DNA from: Bdellovibrionales bacterium
GTDB lineage: Bacteria; Bdellovibrionota; Bdellovibrionia; Bdellovibrionales; JAMPXM01
Length of the DNA stretch: 64,000 bases
Assembly: GCA_016713885.1 (NCBI GenBank)
Contig: JADJOF010000002.1
Coordinates: 89,723-153,722 of the forward strand
Reading direction: 5' to 3'
Positions 1-8,682 of this stretch are shown in pieces. The notes beneath the pieces were generated by a model. That model did not search any database. It was not told where the DNA came from and saw only the letters and a list, made by a program, of their open reading frames with translations. A program made the position numbers and the translations under genes. Every line of letters starts with the position of its first letter. The first letter of the stretch is position 1.

Positions 1-401
1 AGCTTTGCGGCAAGAAAAGCCGCAGGCTCGATTTTCACCTGTCCTTTAAGTTTGAAGCTCTTGTGGAGCGAGTTTTCGCGAGGGTTTTCGAAGGAAGAGC
101 AGGATGAAAGCGACCATGGATGGTGAACGAGAGATCGGCACACGAAGATTTTTGAGTGCCACACATAAGCGGACATTCCTGGCCTATTGGCCGGTGCCCT
201 GAAGTCGGTCTGCGTTTCTCCCTCCCATGGTCGAGACATTTGAATCGGATCTTCTCGACGTTGTGCTGGTCTAGTTTTCGATCGTCCAGTCCAGCTCAAG
301 TTGAGACCGAAAAATGTCGAGATGAGACATGAGAGAGACTGTTTAGCAAAGTGTATGGCTTCGAATGACATTGAAATTCGCGGTCATTCTGAGGAGACGA
401 A

Positions 402-3026
402 ATGAAGCTCAAAGAGTGGGCAAAACTCCTGATGACGGGCACCATGGTGTTCTCATCTGTTTCTGGCGCTCAGATGCAAGGCAACTGGGGCGTCGGTATG
501 TATGGCGGCATGCAGCCTTGTCCTTGGGGCGGAGGCGCTGCGAGCGGTGCTTCTGACGAAGACGACGAGCTTGCTGAACTGAAGCAAGATCGAGTCGAGC
601 TTAAGCAAGAAAAGCGACGTCTTGAGAAGATGATCAGTCAACTTGAGCGCGATCGTGAACGCCTGAAAGAGGCGATCGATTCGACTGTCAAACCAGCATG
701 GGCTGAAGTTGCGATCTATCACATGGAATACGGCATGAACTGTTGCATCGTCGGCGCACAGCCGCCCGTTCAGCAACAGCCGCCGATGACGCCGGTTCCG
801 CCACCGCGCCCGCCTGAACAGCGTCCTCCTCCTGTCCAGCAGCAACCGCCGGTTGAGCAAGAGCCACCGGTGGCACAGGTTCCGCCTCCTCGTCCACCTG
901 CTCCGCCGCGTCCTCCGGTGCAACAGGAACCCGAGCAGCGTCCACCGGTCGTACAAGATCCGGGACCTGAAGTGATTCGTCGTGAACGCACCGAGACCGA
1001 GCGTGTGGTTATCAAAATGCCATCGACGGCACCAGCACCGGCGCCAGCACCTGCTCCTGAGCAATCGGCAGATCCGACTAATCATAAATTTTGGACGCAA
1101 CCTCCAGCGCCGGTTGAAACACGTGAACCAAAACCGGTTGTTCGCGAACAGCCAAAAGCACCCGTTGCGCAAACATCTCCGGTGAAACCGCCAGAGAAGG
1201 TGGAAGAGCGTCCGCTTCCCGAGCAAGTGGCAAAACCACCAGCGGTGAAACCACCAAGCAAACCACCAGAAGAACCCAAAAACCCAAGCCCTTCAAAGAA
1301 TCCGGGCGATCCTTGTACAATTGAAAAGGGTAAGAACAAGGGTAAAAAAGGCAAGTACGACGCTGAGGGAGTTTGTCTTTCGGCTCTTGAGCAGCCGAGT
1401 GGCGGCCGAATGCCGGCAAGTGAACTTGGTGGCGGCCGAATGCCGGCCCAAGAGCGCGTGAGCATCAAGGCGACCATTGGCGGCGGCACGGCGAGTGAGA
1501 GTGCGGGCGACAACTGGGGCGATCTTTCGAACTTCTCAGGTCCAGCGAGCAGCGCCGATGGCGGAAAGACGCTGTGCTACGAGAGTAAACGTCCTTACGT
1601 TGCCAATCCCGGAGAGACAGTGATGTCGCCTCCGTTCCAAGCGATCTGTAAGAGCGATGGCGGCATTTCTGAAAATCTGTGCCGTAACCGCTATTTCCAG
1701 CAGGGCGAAATTCGCGGTGCACAGGCGACAAACTGTTCACGGTCACTTGAGCGTTATCGCAAGATCACAAAAGAGATCGATCGCGCGAAACAGCAAGTCG
1801 GCAAGATGGAAAACGACATCGCTGACATTGGTTTCCGCATTGGCGATCTCAAAATGGCGTCGCGCCTCGATCGTGAGATGGAGGCCGACTGCCCGTCAGG
1901 GACGTGCTACGAGTCGGGTTTTAAACGCTCAAGTCGTTCGCGTGGTCCATCGACAGGTCAGACGTTGCTTGCGGTCGGTCTTGACGCGTTGGCCATCGGC
2001 GCAAACTATTTTGTCGCGAAAGACGCAAATAAGTGGAACGCAAGGACTGGAAACCAGGCGTTGCCGTACGCCACGAATATTGGTGGCTTCTTCCCCTATA
2101 ACACCGCATCACTTTATGGCGGCATGTATGGCGGCATGAATGGTTCGTATGGTTGCTCACCGATGATGGGTGGCGGCGGATCGGTCTTTGGACCGATGGG
2201 CATGGCCGGTCCGTATGGAATGGGCGGTAGCATTTACGGTGGCGCCGGTGGAGCGTTCGGCTATCCACAGGGATATGGTTATCCCCAAATGGGCGGAGGT
2301 ATGTACGGACAGGGTGCGGGACCCTGGGGTATGAGCGGTCCGTGGGGAACGGGCGGTTGGCCAGGAGGATATCCTGGTGCGGGCGGATTCGTCGGCGGAA
2401 TCGCAGGCGGCATCGCGGGTGGTTACATGGGCATGCCGGGAATGGCCGGCGGCTACATGGGAATGCCGGGAATGGCTGGTGGAATAGCAGGCGGCATCGC
2501 GGGTGGTTACATGGGCATGCCGGGAATGGCCGGCGGCTACATGGGAATGCCGGGAATGGCTGGTGGAATGGCAGGCGGCATCGCGGGTGGTTACATGGGC
2601 ATGCCGGGAATGGCTGGCGGCTACATGGGAATGCCGGGAATGGCTGGTGGAATGGCAGGCGGCATCGCGGGTGGTTACATGGGCATGCCGGGAATGGCTG
2701 GCGGGATGGCCGGAGGAGGTTTCCTCTCTCCATTCCCTGGTGGTGGAATGGATGCCTATACCCAGCAGCAGCAGCTACAGCTCCAAATGCAGCAGTACAA
2801 CCTTCAGATCGAAGCGCAGCGCCGCTATCAAGATCAGGCGCAATCTCGGTTGAGGCTGTATCAAGGCTTCATGCAGGAATACATGCAGTTCCAAACCAAG
2901 TGGAACCAGTATTTTGGCAGTGGCGGCGTTGGTGGTGACATGATCTTCTCGCCAGGTTCTGGGTCAGGAACTCTACCTGGCGGATCTGGTCCAACGTCGG
3001 GAACGACTCCGGGACGAACGCGATAG
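402..3026 (+). CDS. Secreted low-complexity protein (signal peptide, coiled coils, Pro-rich region, Gly/Met/Tyr-rich tandem repeats, Gln-rich C-terminus); no family recognised
   Basis: One 874-codon ORF. N-terminal signal-like segment AKLLMTGTMVFSSVSGAQ. Heptad-like LAELKQDRVELKQEKRRLEKMISQLERDRERLKEAI. PPVQQQPP/PPPRPP repeats at about nt 770-960. GGYMGMPGMAGG repeats. QQQQLQLQMQQYNLQ near the C-terminus. An intrinsic terminator follows directly. Confidence 0.8.
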   Translation: MKLKEWAKLLMTGTMVFSSVSGAQMQGNWGVGMYGGMQPCPWGGGAASGASDEDDELAELKQDRVELKQEKRRLEKMISQLERDRERLKEAIDSTVKPAWAEVAIYHMEYGMNCCIVGAQPPVQQQPPMTPVPPPRPPEQRPPPVQQQPPVEQEPPVAQVPPPRPPAPPRPPVQQEPEQRPPVVQDPGPEVIRRERTETERVVIKMPSTAPAPAPAPAPEQSADPTNHKFWTQPPAPVETREPKPVVREQPKAPVAQTSPVKPPEKVEERPLPEQVAKPPAVKPPSKPPEEPKNPSPSKNPGDPCTIEKGKNKGKKGKYDAEGVCLSALEQPSGGRMPASELGGGRMPAQERVSIKATIGGGTASESAGDNWGDLSNFSGPASSADGGKTLCYESKRPYVANPGETVMSPPFQAICKSDGGISENLCRNRYFQQGEIRGAQATNCSRSLERYRKITKEIDRAKQQVGKMENDIADIGFRIGDLKMASRLDREMEADCPSGTCYESGFKRSSRSRGPSTGQTLLAVGLDALAIGANYFVAKDANKWNARTGNQALPYATNIGGFFPYNTASLYGGMYGGMNGSYGCSPMMGGGGSVFGPMGMAGPYGMGGSIYGGAGGAFGYPQGYGYPQMGGGMYGQGAGPWGMSGPWGTGGWPGGYPGAGGFVGGIAGGIAGGYMGMPGMAGGYMGMPGMAGGIAGGIAGGYMGMPGMAGGYMGMPGMAGGMAGGIAGGYMGMPGMAGGYMGMPGMAGGMAGGIAGGYMGMPGMAGGMAGGGFLSPFPGGGMDAYTQQQQLQLQMQQYNLQIEAQRRYQDQAQSRLRLYQGFMQEYMQFQTKWNQYFGSGGVGGDMIFSPGSGSGTLPGGSGPTSGTTPGRTR
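2403..2715 (+). repeat. 84-bp coding tandem repeat, about 3.7 copies, each encoding AGGIAGGYMGMPGMAGGYMGMPGMAGG(I/M)
   Basis: The string gcaggcggcatcgcgggtggttacatgggcatgccgggaatgg recurs at 2403, 2487, 2571 and 2655, an exact 84-nt period. Each unit contains an internal 30-nt sub-repeat (GYMGMPGMAG twice). Confidence 0.9.
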
Positions 3027-3030
3027 CGGA

Positions 3031-3058
3031 AAAGCCCTCGAGAAATCGAGGGCTTTTT
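3031..3058 (+). terminator. Rho-independent terminator
   Basis: GCCCTCGA-gaaa-TCGAGGGC hairpin flanked by AAA and TTTTT, starting 5 nt after the stop codon at 3024-3026. Confidence 0.85.
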
Positions 3059-3106
3059 ACTTTACTAGCGATTCACAACGAGCCCAATCGGTCCGATAAG
3101 ATACCT

Positions 3107-3944
3107 ATGCAGCAATCGACTTCGAAAGCCTACGCCATTCGAGTTATCGCGCTTGTGTTCACATTGTTCTTCAATGTGGCGCATGTTCAGGTGCAGGCAA
3201 AGACATCGGCCTGTGCTGACTGCGCGTGGCTAAAGCAGATTGTCAAAGACGGACAAGACGAGGATGCGAGCGTCGCGCGCACGAAAGCACTGACCAGTCT
3301 TTCTGACAGCGATCTTAAGCGTGCCGCTGGTGCATTGGCCACTTGGATAAAAAATCCAGCGACCCAAGAGTACGACTTGGCTGTTCTCACCGCGCGCACT
3401 CTTGTTGAGGGACACTCGCGTTGGAGCTGTGATCTAACTCAGCAACTCAAAAGCTCATGGCCCAAACCAAGTGCTGAGCCCGATCTTTTGACAGCGAAAC
3501 TCTCGCAGCTCGAAGTGATGCTCGACGCTAAATGCCCTAAGACATTCTCCGGATCAGCTGTCATGGCGCGCGTTGAAGTCCGAAACACCGCTCTCGGTTC
3601 GCCTCGCGATTCTCAGCGGACTGTCTGCTGTTGCCTATCGACCGACGTTTATAGAATTGAATGCACTCCTCCGAGCGAATCAGCCCGAACTCCGAATGCT
3701 TGCGGTTGATTGGATGACGCGCGATCAGGCACAGCATCAGAAAAACATACTGGCGTTCATCAAAGAGGCGGCCACCGGCAAAACCAAGCAGGTGAAGATC
3801 AGCGCCTATGCGCTATTGGCGTCGCTTCCCGAAGCCCAGAAAGCCAAGTATTGGTCGAGTGAGAAAAAGCCACTCCTCTATTGTCAGCGTCTCGGTGATG
3901 CGGAAGTACGCCGAGCCTGTCTTGATAGTTTGGAGACGCCGTGA
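3107..3944 (+). pseudogene. Secreted helical-repeat (HEAT-like) protein, apparently frameshifted; alternatively two genes
   Basis: ORF 3107..3709 has a signal peptide (VIALVFTLFFNVAHVQVQA), but its tail after about 3575 becomes Cys/Arg-rich nonsense. The overlapping frame (open from 3519 to 3944) reads LAILSGLSAVAYRPTFIELNALLRANQPELRMLAVDW. Total length 838 nt is 3n+1. Confidence 0.5.
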
Positions 3945-5030
3945 AACTGCGTCTGACCGTTTTCCTAAGCGTCGTTCTTCTCGTGATCAGCGGAAGTGCT
4001 GCTGAGACCAAGTCTGCAGCGAAGTCGGTTCCGCCGAAGTCGCCGGCGGCGATTTCGCAAGAAGGTGAAGCTTCCAGAAATGATCCAGTATGCGCACGAT
4101 CTGATGGATTCATTTCGTCATAAGTGCCCCGATTGCGACGCATTTTCAGCAGGAGAAGCGACACCCTCCGATGCGAGCGATCCAAAGGCCATTTGCAGCA
4201 AGGCCTGGGCTGATTTCTACTCAAAAGACAAAATTGATATTCGAATTGCCTTTGGCTTTATTGACAGCGAGACATCAAAAAAGTCAGACGATAGCCTCTT
4301 GCGCGCCGTACTTATTGAACAGCTGATTCGCCCCTGCGTGCGACGTCTGCCAGAATGCGCAGGAGCGAAGGCCGCAAGCAATCCGGATCTTTGCGAGTCC
4401 AACGTTCGAGCCTGCGACTTTAAACGCTCAGACGCGGATATGAATCTCTTCACCAAAGAGATCATTGGTCCCAGCGGTCGCACGCACACTGTGGAGCTTC
4501 GTATCAGCGGCAGTAGCAGTGACGACGGCGCTGCCGGACAGGCCCGCGCTTCCCGTGATGCCGAAAAGTTTTTCCACAGCGCTCTTCGCGAGGCCGACGT
4601 TGTTCTCTACGCGGGACACGCTCGCAAAGGCGGAGGCCCAAGTTTCACTCCGGCCGCACGTCGTGCAAACGGCTCAATCGCCTATGAAGAGTATCAGCGC
4701 GATCGCTCCGGATACGACAAAATGTTAGCCGCTCTCCAGACGGCTTCTCATCCACCGAAGATCGTTGGCATTCTGGCTTGCGATGCCGCCAACTATTTTC
4801 GCACGGGCATGATCCGCACGGCTCCACAGACCGGTCTGCTGCTTGCCAGTGCTGCCGACACAGATCGCTCTCTGCTGACCCGTGCCTATTTCGCTCTTGA
4901 TTCTATTTTATGGGCCCGTTGCCAAGGGGGATTTAATGAATCTCTCAATACGATGAAAGACTTTGACGGCTATCGACTTACGCCCATGGTGCTTGATCGC
5001 TTTTTTGAGGCCTATAAGCCCTCACTTTAA
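3941..5030 (+). pseudogene. Cys-rich secreted protein with a possible caspase-fold-like His/Cys dyad; the signal peptide lies in a different frame from the body
   Basis: GTG at 3941 overlaps the upstream stop (GTGA) and encodes MKLRLTVFLSVVLLVISGSAAE. That frame stops at 4123. The body frame becomes protein-like from KLPEMIQYAHDLMDSFRHKCPDCD (about 4070) through to 5030. Length 1090 nt is 3n+1. The alternative is an ATG start at about 4080 with no signal peptide. Confidence 0.5.
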
Positions 5031-6106
5031 AATCCTTGATGGTGAACGGCCGGCGCCGGGTCTTGCTGCTGTTGTTGTCTCCAAAATGCGTATGCTCCTG
5101 CCGCCAGAATCCCGACGGCCACTCCGATCCATAGGTTCGATCGACTCTTTATACTGTCAGGCTCATTCGACGGCATGTAGATACCGTCGGTTCCTCGCTC
5201 GAGTCCAAACGCACGGATATCGGTTTCATCTTTCTCTGAAGCGGTACCAATCCTGTCTGAGCGAACGGGACTGATCGACATTTGACAAAGTCCTGAGCCA
5301 ACAGCGCGAAGAGTCCGATTTTCGTAAGCCTCTCGCAGCACAGGGTCACTTTCAAAAAGCGAGGGATCGAGCTGTACAAGCTGACCACTTCGACAACGCC
5401 CACTGAGTAACGGGACTTGCGGCGGTGCGTAGGATTGAAATTGCTCGACTGATATCGTTACGGCGACCGTTCTCAGGCTATTGCTGACGAAGATAAGTCG
5501 GTGTTCAGTTGGCGTTAGTCGTACACCTTGGGGGAGCGAGCTTTGCCGATAAGCCATGCCATCGATAAGGATGGCGTCCCAAGTTAATAGCCAGCGTCGA
5601 AGATCGGCAGTTGCATCTTTCATTTGGCCCATATCGGTTGGGTCAGAACTTTTCTCGCGCAGAGGGTTCAGTGTGCGGCTGCGAAGTCGCCATTGATTCT
5701 GCTGATCGGGAGCAAGGTGCGTTTGCCCACCAGTCAAACGATCAAACATTTTGGCAATGAGCGTGCGTTGATGACCGTCGGCATCGAGTTCGTTTGCCTG
5801 GCGCCAAAGTTTTAAGTGCATTGGCCACTGGTTACTCGTTGAGCTGCTTTTAGAGTGCTCGAGCCACTCCTTTTGGGCGTCGGCGAGAGCCGCAACAATG
5901 CCGGGGTTGACCTGGTTTCGAGTTTGGTATCGATTGAGATAGTGCTCCGTCCAAGTCTCTTGATTGAGTGCGCGGGCGACTCCAGCAAATTCGTCTCTCG
6001 ACAACTCTGTATTTTGGATGAGAGTGGCGTACGCGGTGTTGGCGATACTTGCCAGAACAAGACCGACGATGGCGATAGAGTGTCGAGGTCGTTTACTCGG
6101 CTTCAT
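5027..6106 (-). CDS. Hypothetical secreted/membrane-anchored protein, last gene of the Flp-like cluster
   Basis: 359-aa ORF with N-terminal HSIAIVGLVLASIANTAYA and C-terminal hydrophobic WIGVAVGILAAGAYAFW. It overlaps the upstream gene by 14 nt on the same strand. Confidence 0.6.
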   Translation of the reverse strand: MKPSKRPRHSIAIVGLVLASIANTAYATLIQNTELSRDEFAGVARALNQETWTEHYLNRYQTRNQVNPGIVAALADAQKEWLEHSKSSSTSNQWPMHLKLWRQANELDADGHQRTLIAKMFDRLTGGQTHLAPDQQNQWRLRSRTLNPLREKSSDPTDMGQMKDATADLRRWLLTWDAILIDGMAYRQSSLPQGVRLTPTEHRLIFVSNSLRTVAVTISVEQFQSYAPPQVPLLSGRCRSGQLVQLDPSLFESDPVLREAYENRTLRAVGSGLCQMSISPVRSDRIGTASEKDETDIRAFGLERGTDGIYMPSNEPDSIKSRSNLWIGVAVGILAAGAYAFWRQQQQQDPAPAVHHQGF

Positions 6107-6749
6107 TTGTAATCTCCATTTCTTCGATCAGGTGAAGCTGACTGCGGGTTTCGCGTCTGAGGGGGCCATTTTTCCGCCCTTCGGGAGCTGCTGGCCGCCC
6201 GCGCCCGACGCGTTTCTTAGGAGAGCTGCGAAGAATCACGATGACCGGGTCTGAAACGGACAGCAGCGCCGATGGTTCTCCCTCTGGAATGAGGGCGGCA
6301 AGATGTTGTCGGTTCTGAGGAGCGCGAATGAGCGGAATGGATTCGGCTATCCGGACTCCTCGCGAACCATCAAGACTGGGAAGGTAGATATCAGCCCATG
6401 CGTGACGATCAAGCAACGGATCGAGTGTTGAGTAGTTGGCGGCCTGTATGGGGACAACGAGCATTCCCTCTGGAATCTGCGCTGTGATATCGGTCGAATC
6501 TGACTGGGGAGTGGTGGGTGAAGCTCCTGTTGTCGCAGAGCTGTTCGATATGGCACAGATGAGCAAAGTGACGCCCGAAATGAGAACCCAGAGGCGAAAA
6601 GTTTTCGCTTGGCCCTCAATCGAGTTGTCCTTCAGTATTTCACTGGAGAACCTCTCAGCGAGAACGACCCGCAGGTTTTCGACTAGGGACTTTCGGGACA
6701 GAACGAATTTGTTTATAGCCGGTATCTTGAATATCTTCAGAAATTTCAT
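6093..6749 (-). CDS. CpaB/RcpC-like Flp pilus assembly protein (tentative)
   Basis: N-terminal TM segment FRLWVLISGVTLLICAI is followed by IPEGMLVVPIQAANYSTLDPLLDRHAWADIYL, which resembles the CpaB SAF/beta-clip region. It sits next to flp/tadE-like genes. Start set at MKFLKIF (ATG 6749). Confidence 0.5.
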   Translation of the reverse strand: MKFLKIFKIPAINKFVLSRKSLVENLRVVLAERFSSEILKDNSIEGQAKTFRLWVLISGVTLLICAISNSSATTGASPTTPQSDSTDITAQIPEGMLVVPIQAANYSTLDPLLDRHAWADIYLPSLDGSRGVRIAESIPLIRAPQNRQHLAALIPEGEPSALLSVSDPVIVILRSSPKKRVGRGRPAAPEGRKNGPLRRETRSQLHLIEEMEITNEAE

Positions 6750-6846
6750 TCCATCTCCAGGCGCAGGCCGCGATACTTGCGACAAACAGGGTGAGAACAA
6801 GAATCAATTCGATAAGAGCTTGTCCTCTACAATTTGTGGCTTCCAT
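6655..6846 (-). CDS. Small prepilin/TadE-like protein
   Basis: 63 aa. MEATNCRGQALIELILVLTLFVASIAA has a prepilin-type G-x-x-LIEL hydrophobic N-terminus. Located inside the pilin cluster. Confidence 0.45.
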   Translation of the reverse strand: MEATNCRGQALIELILVLTLFVASIAACAWRWNEISEDIQDTGYKQIRSVPKVPSRKPAGRSR

Positions 6847-7547
6847 TCCGTTTCCTTCTTATTTGTTGGTATGAGAGTGACTGAGCATCCGACGTCGAAT
6901 GCAGGAAGAGCGTGATCACTTTTCTGCGATGCAAGGAAGCCGTCAGGTCCCATCTTGATTTTCCATTCAATAGAAGACTTCTGCAGGTACTTAAATCCGG
7001 GAACCGGAAAATACTCTGGTGCGATATCGCCGACGGGTTTTGGCCGAACGGCGAAGAAGCCGGGGCGTTTGGATTGTGGCCCGCTTTTGATGTCGGCAAC
7101 GACACTGGAGATCGATTGATCAAAAGAGGAGCGTATTGATTGTTCGGCCAAGCGAGTCGCGTCGTTCGTGGCCGCTCGTCCCTTGAAGATGAGCTTCTGC
7201 TGTTTGACGGCAAGCATACCCCGCTTAATCTTCACATAGAGCATATAGGTCTTTGCCGCAGCAATGAGATGAGGGACGCGAGTGAGTTCGGCGGCATCGG
7301 CAAGCTTTTGAGCTGTCTTTTGTTGCTGCTTCAGGCGCTTGGCCTCCGGGTTCAGTCTTATCAGTTCGTTAAGGTGTTGGGCCGCCTCCGCTTGGCTTTT
7401 TTCCATCTGCAGTCGACATTTGGCGACGGCGCTCGCCTCTGTCTTCAGAGCGACGGCAAGAAGGAAGAGACCACCAATGATCGCGAGGACGATCGGTAGG
7501 AGCACGATCGCGACGAGGCTGATTTGTCCCTTATTATTGCCGATCAT
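6804..7547 (-). CDS. TadG-like pilus assembly protein
   Basis: N-terminus NNKGQISLVAIVLLPIVLAIIGGLFLLAV is Tad_N-like. ATGA overlap with the upstream tadE-like gene. Confidence 0.55.
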   Translation of the reverse strand: MIGNNKGQISLVAIVLLPIVLAIIGGLFLLAVALKTEASAVAKCRLQMEKSQAEAAQHLNELIRLNPEAKRLKQQQKTAQKLADAAELTRVPHLIAAAKTYMLYVKIKRGMLAVKQQKLIFKGRAATNDATRLAEQSIRSSFDQSISSVVADIKSGPQSKRPGFFAVRPKPVGDIAPEYFPVPGFKYLQKSSIEWKIKMGPDGFLASQKSDHALPAFDVGCSVTLIPTNKKETEWKPQIVEDKLLSN

Positions 7548-7924
7548 TGTCGTCCTCGGGGGTAATAGACCGGACGTCGAACGACGCCCTTGAGTTCAGT
7601 GGATTGGCCAGCGATCCACTGAAGTTTGATTCTGACACTTGAGCCGCGTTGGTCGCCGTGAAACTGGACAATCGTGGTTTCTCCAAACGGCAGTCCGGAG
7701 GCGAGAGTGTTTTCAAGTTTCCGACGGCAGTTCAGGGGTGGGCTTGGCGTCGTCAAACAGACGGCGGCCTCTCGCGCACTGCGACCGACCCAGCCTTTTG
7801 CAAAAGCGCCGTACAGGACGCCGAGACCGACGATCAGCGCTGGACAAAAAATGGCGAGTGCGATGGCCGACTCAACGGCGACGGAGCCGTTGTTGGACTT
7901 GAGAAGCGCCGCATTTGAAAACAT
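7544..7924 (-). CDS. TadE-like pseudopilin
   Basis: NNGSVAVESAIALAIFCPALIVGLGVLYG matches the TadE-type N-terminal motif (G-x-x-x-VE-x-A). It starts 3 nt after the flp stop. Confidence 0.6.
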   Translation of the reverse strand: MFSNAALLKSNNGSVAVESAIALAIFCPALIVGLGVLYGAFAKGWVGRSAREAAVCLTTPSPPLNCRRKLENTLASGLPFGETTIVQFHGDQRGSSVRIKLQWIAGQSTELKGVVRRPVYYPRGRQ

Positions 7925-7926
7925 CG

Positions 7927-8208
7927 TTAATCTCGGCCCTGCGATTGGCCGACGCCATCCATGAAATCGCCGAGGTCTTTCTTTTTGAGTTGCGACTCGT
8001 CGATCGCGTCAACGGCGGGCTTCTTTTTTACGCCCTGAAGGGCATAGCTGATGGTCGCAAAACGGGAGTTCACCGCTTGGCCCATAACGCGAACGACACC
8101 AATCGCAGCGACGGCGACGAGAGCGACGATGATGAGGTACTCAACGAGTCCTTGCCCGCGGGCGTTGCGAAGGGGGTTCGTTATTTTGTGAGCGGGTTGT
8201 TTTGGCAT
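7927..8208 (-). CDS. flp: Flp/Fap family type IVb pilin
   Basis: 93 aa. RGQGLVEYLIIVALVAVAAIGVV contains the Flp motif (G/xxxEY followed by a hydrophobic stretch). An AAGGAGG RBS precedes the ATG. Confidence 0.75.
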   Translation of the reverse strand: MPKQPAHKITNPLRNARGQGLVEYLIIVALVAVAAIGVVRVMGQAVNSRFATISYALQGVKKKPAVDAIDESQLKKKDLGDFMDGVGQSQGRD

Positions 8209-8325
8209 ATTGGCCTCCTTGGGTTGGGAGGCGCTGAATGCAAGGGCGGTGGCAGGGTGCGCAATAGCGCAATTGCTTTGCTGGGGGCCGAACGCTGAAA
8301 GCAGTCCGGCCGTCGGATTGAGCGT

Positions 8326-8574
8326 TTAGCCTTTTTTCTTGGCTGCGCGAGCGGCGCGGACTTGTTCTTCGCGCTCGATTTTGCGGCGAATCAGGATACG
8401 ACCGAGGATTTCGTAGGATTCAACACGCAGGTCGTTTTCGTAGACGAAGCGGTAAAAGCCTTCGATTTCAGGGCTTTGGCGGAACTTTTTTGAAGACGTT
8501 GGGAGGCTATCGCTCGCAACGAAGTCGATCGAGTTGCCGTCTTTCGAGAGCTTAACTTTTTCGGGTTTCTTCAA
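8326..8574 (-). CDS. Small basic hypothetical protein
   Basis: 82-aa ORF with a Lys/Arg-rich C-terminus (RRKIEREEQVRAARAAKKKG). Divergent from folD. Confidence 0.5.
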   Translation of the reverse strand: MKKPEKVKLSKDGNSIDFVASDSLPTSSKKFRQSPEIEGFYRFVYENDLRVESYEILGRILIRRKIEREEQVRAARAAKKKG

Positions 8575-8682
8575 TTTGGCCTCCAGGCGTTCACTGCGTG
8601 CTTGAGCGGAGACTAATGCGGAGCTCTAAATTGAGTCAAGACTCGCTTTGCCTCGAGGGCGTGAAACCCTTTAAAACAAGGC

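Noticed and set aside
1-401. Possible coding sequence or structured RNA in the first 400 nt
   Set aside because: Only short ORFs (42 codons or fewer) without a recognisable product are present. I recognised no conserved RNA motifs (tmRNA, SRP, RNase P or riboswitch cores). I treat the region as the upstream region of the 402 gene.
2403-2715. A regular 84-bp repeat array as a CRISPR-like or satellite element
   Set aside because: The repeats are contiguous with no unique spacers, lie in frame inside a long ORF, and encode a consistent peptide repeat. No cas genes are present.
453-2938. Many long alternative-frame and antisense ORFs in the track (for example 453..1226 -, 1921..2733 -, 2342..2938 +, 1657..2139 +)
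   Set aside because: They translate to Arg/Cys/Trp/His-rich low-complexity strings, which are typical of wrong frames across GC-rich repetitive coding sequence. All are nested in the 402..3026 ORF.
8209-8325. Sigma-54 promoter upstream of flp (minus strand reads cTGCCACcgcccTTGCAtt)
   Set aside because: The spacing is right, but the invariant -24 GG is GC. That is too weak to call.
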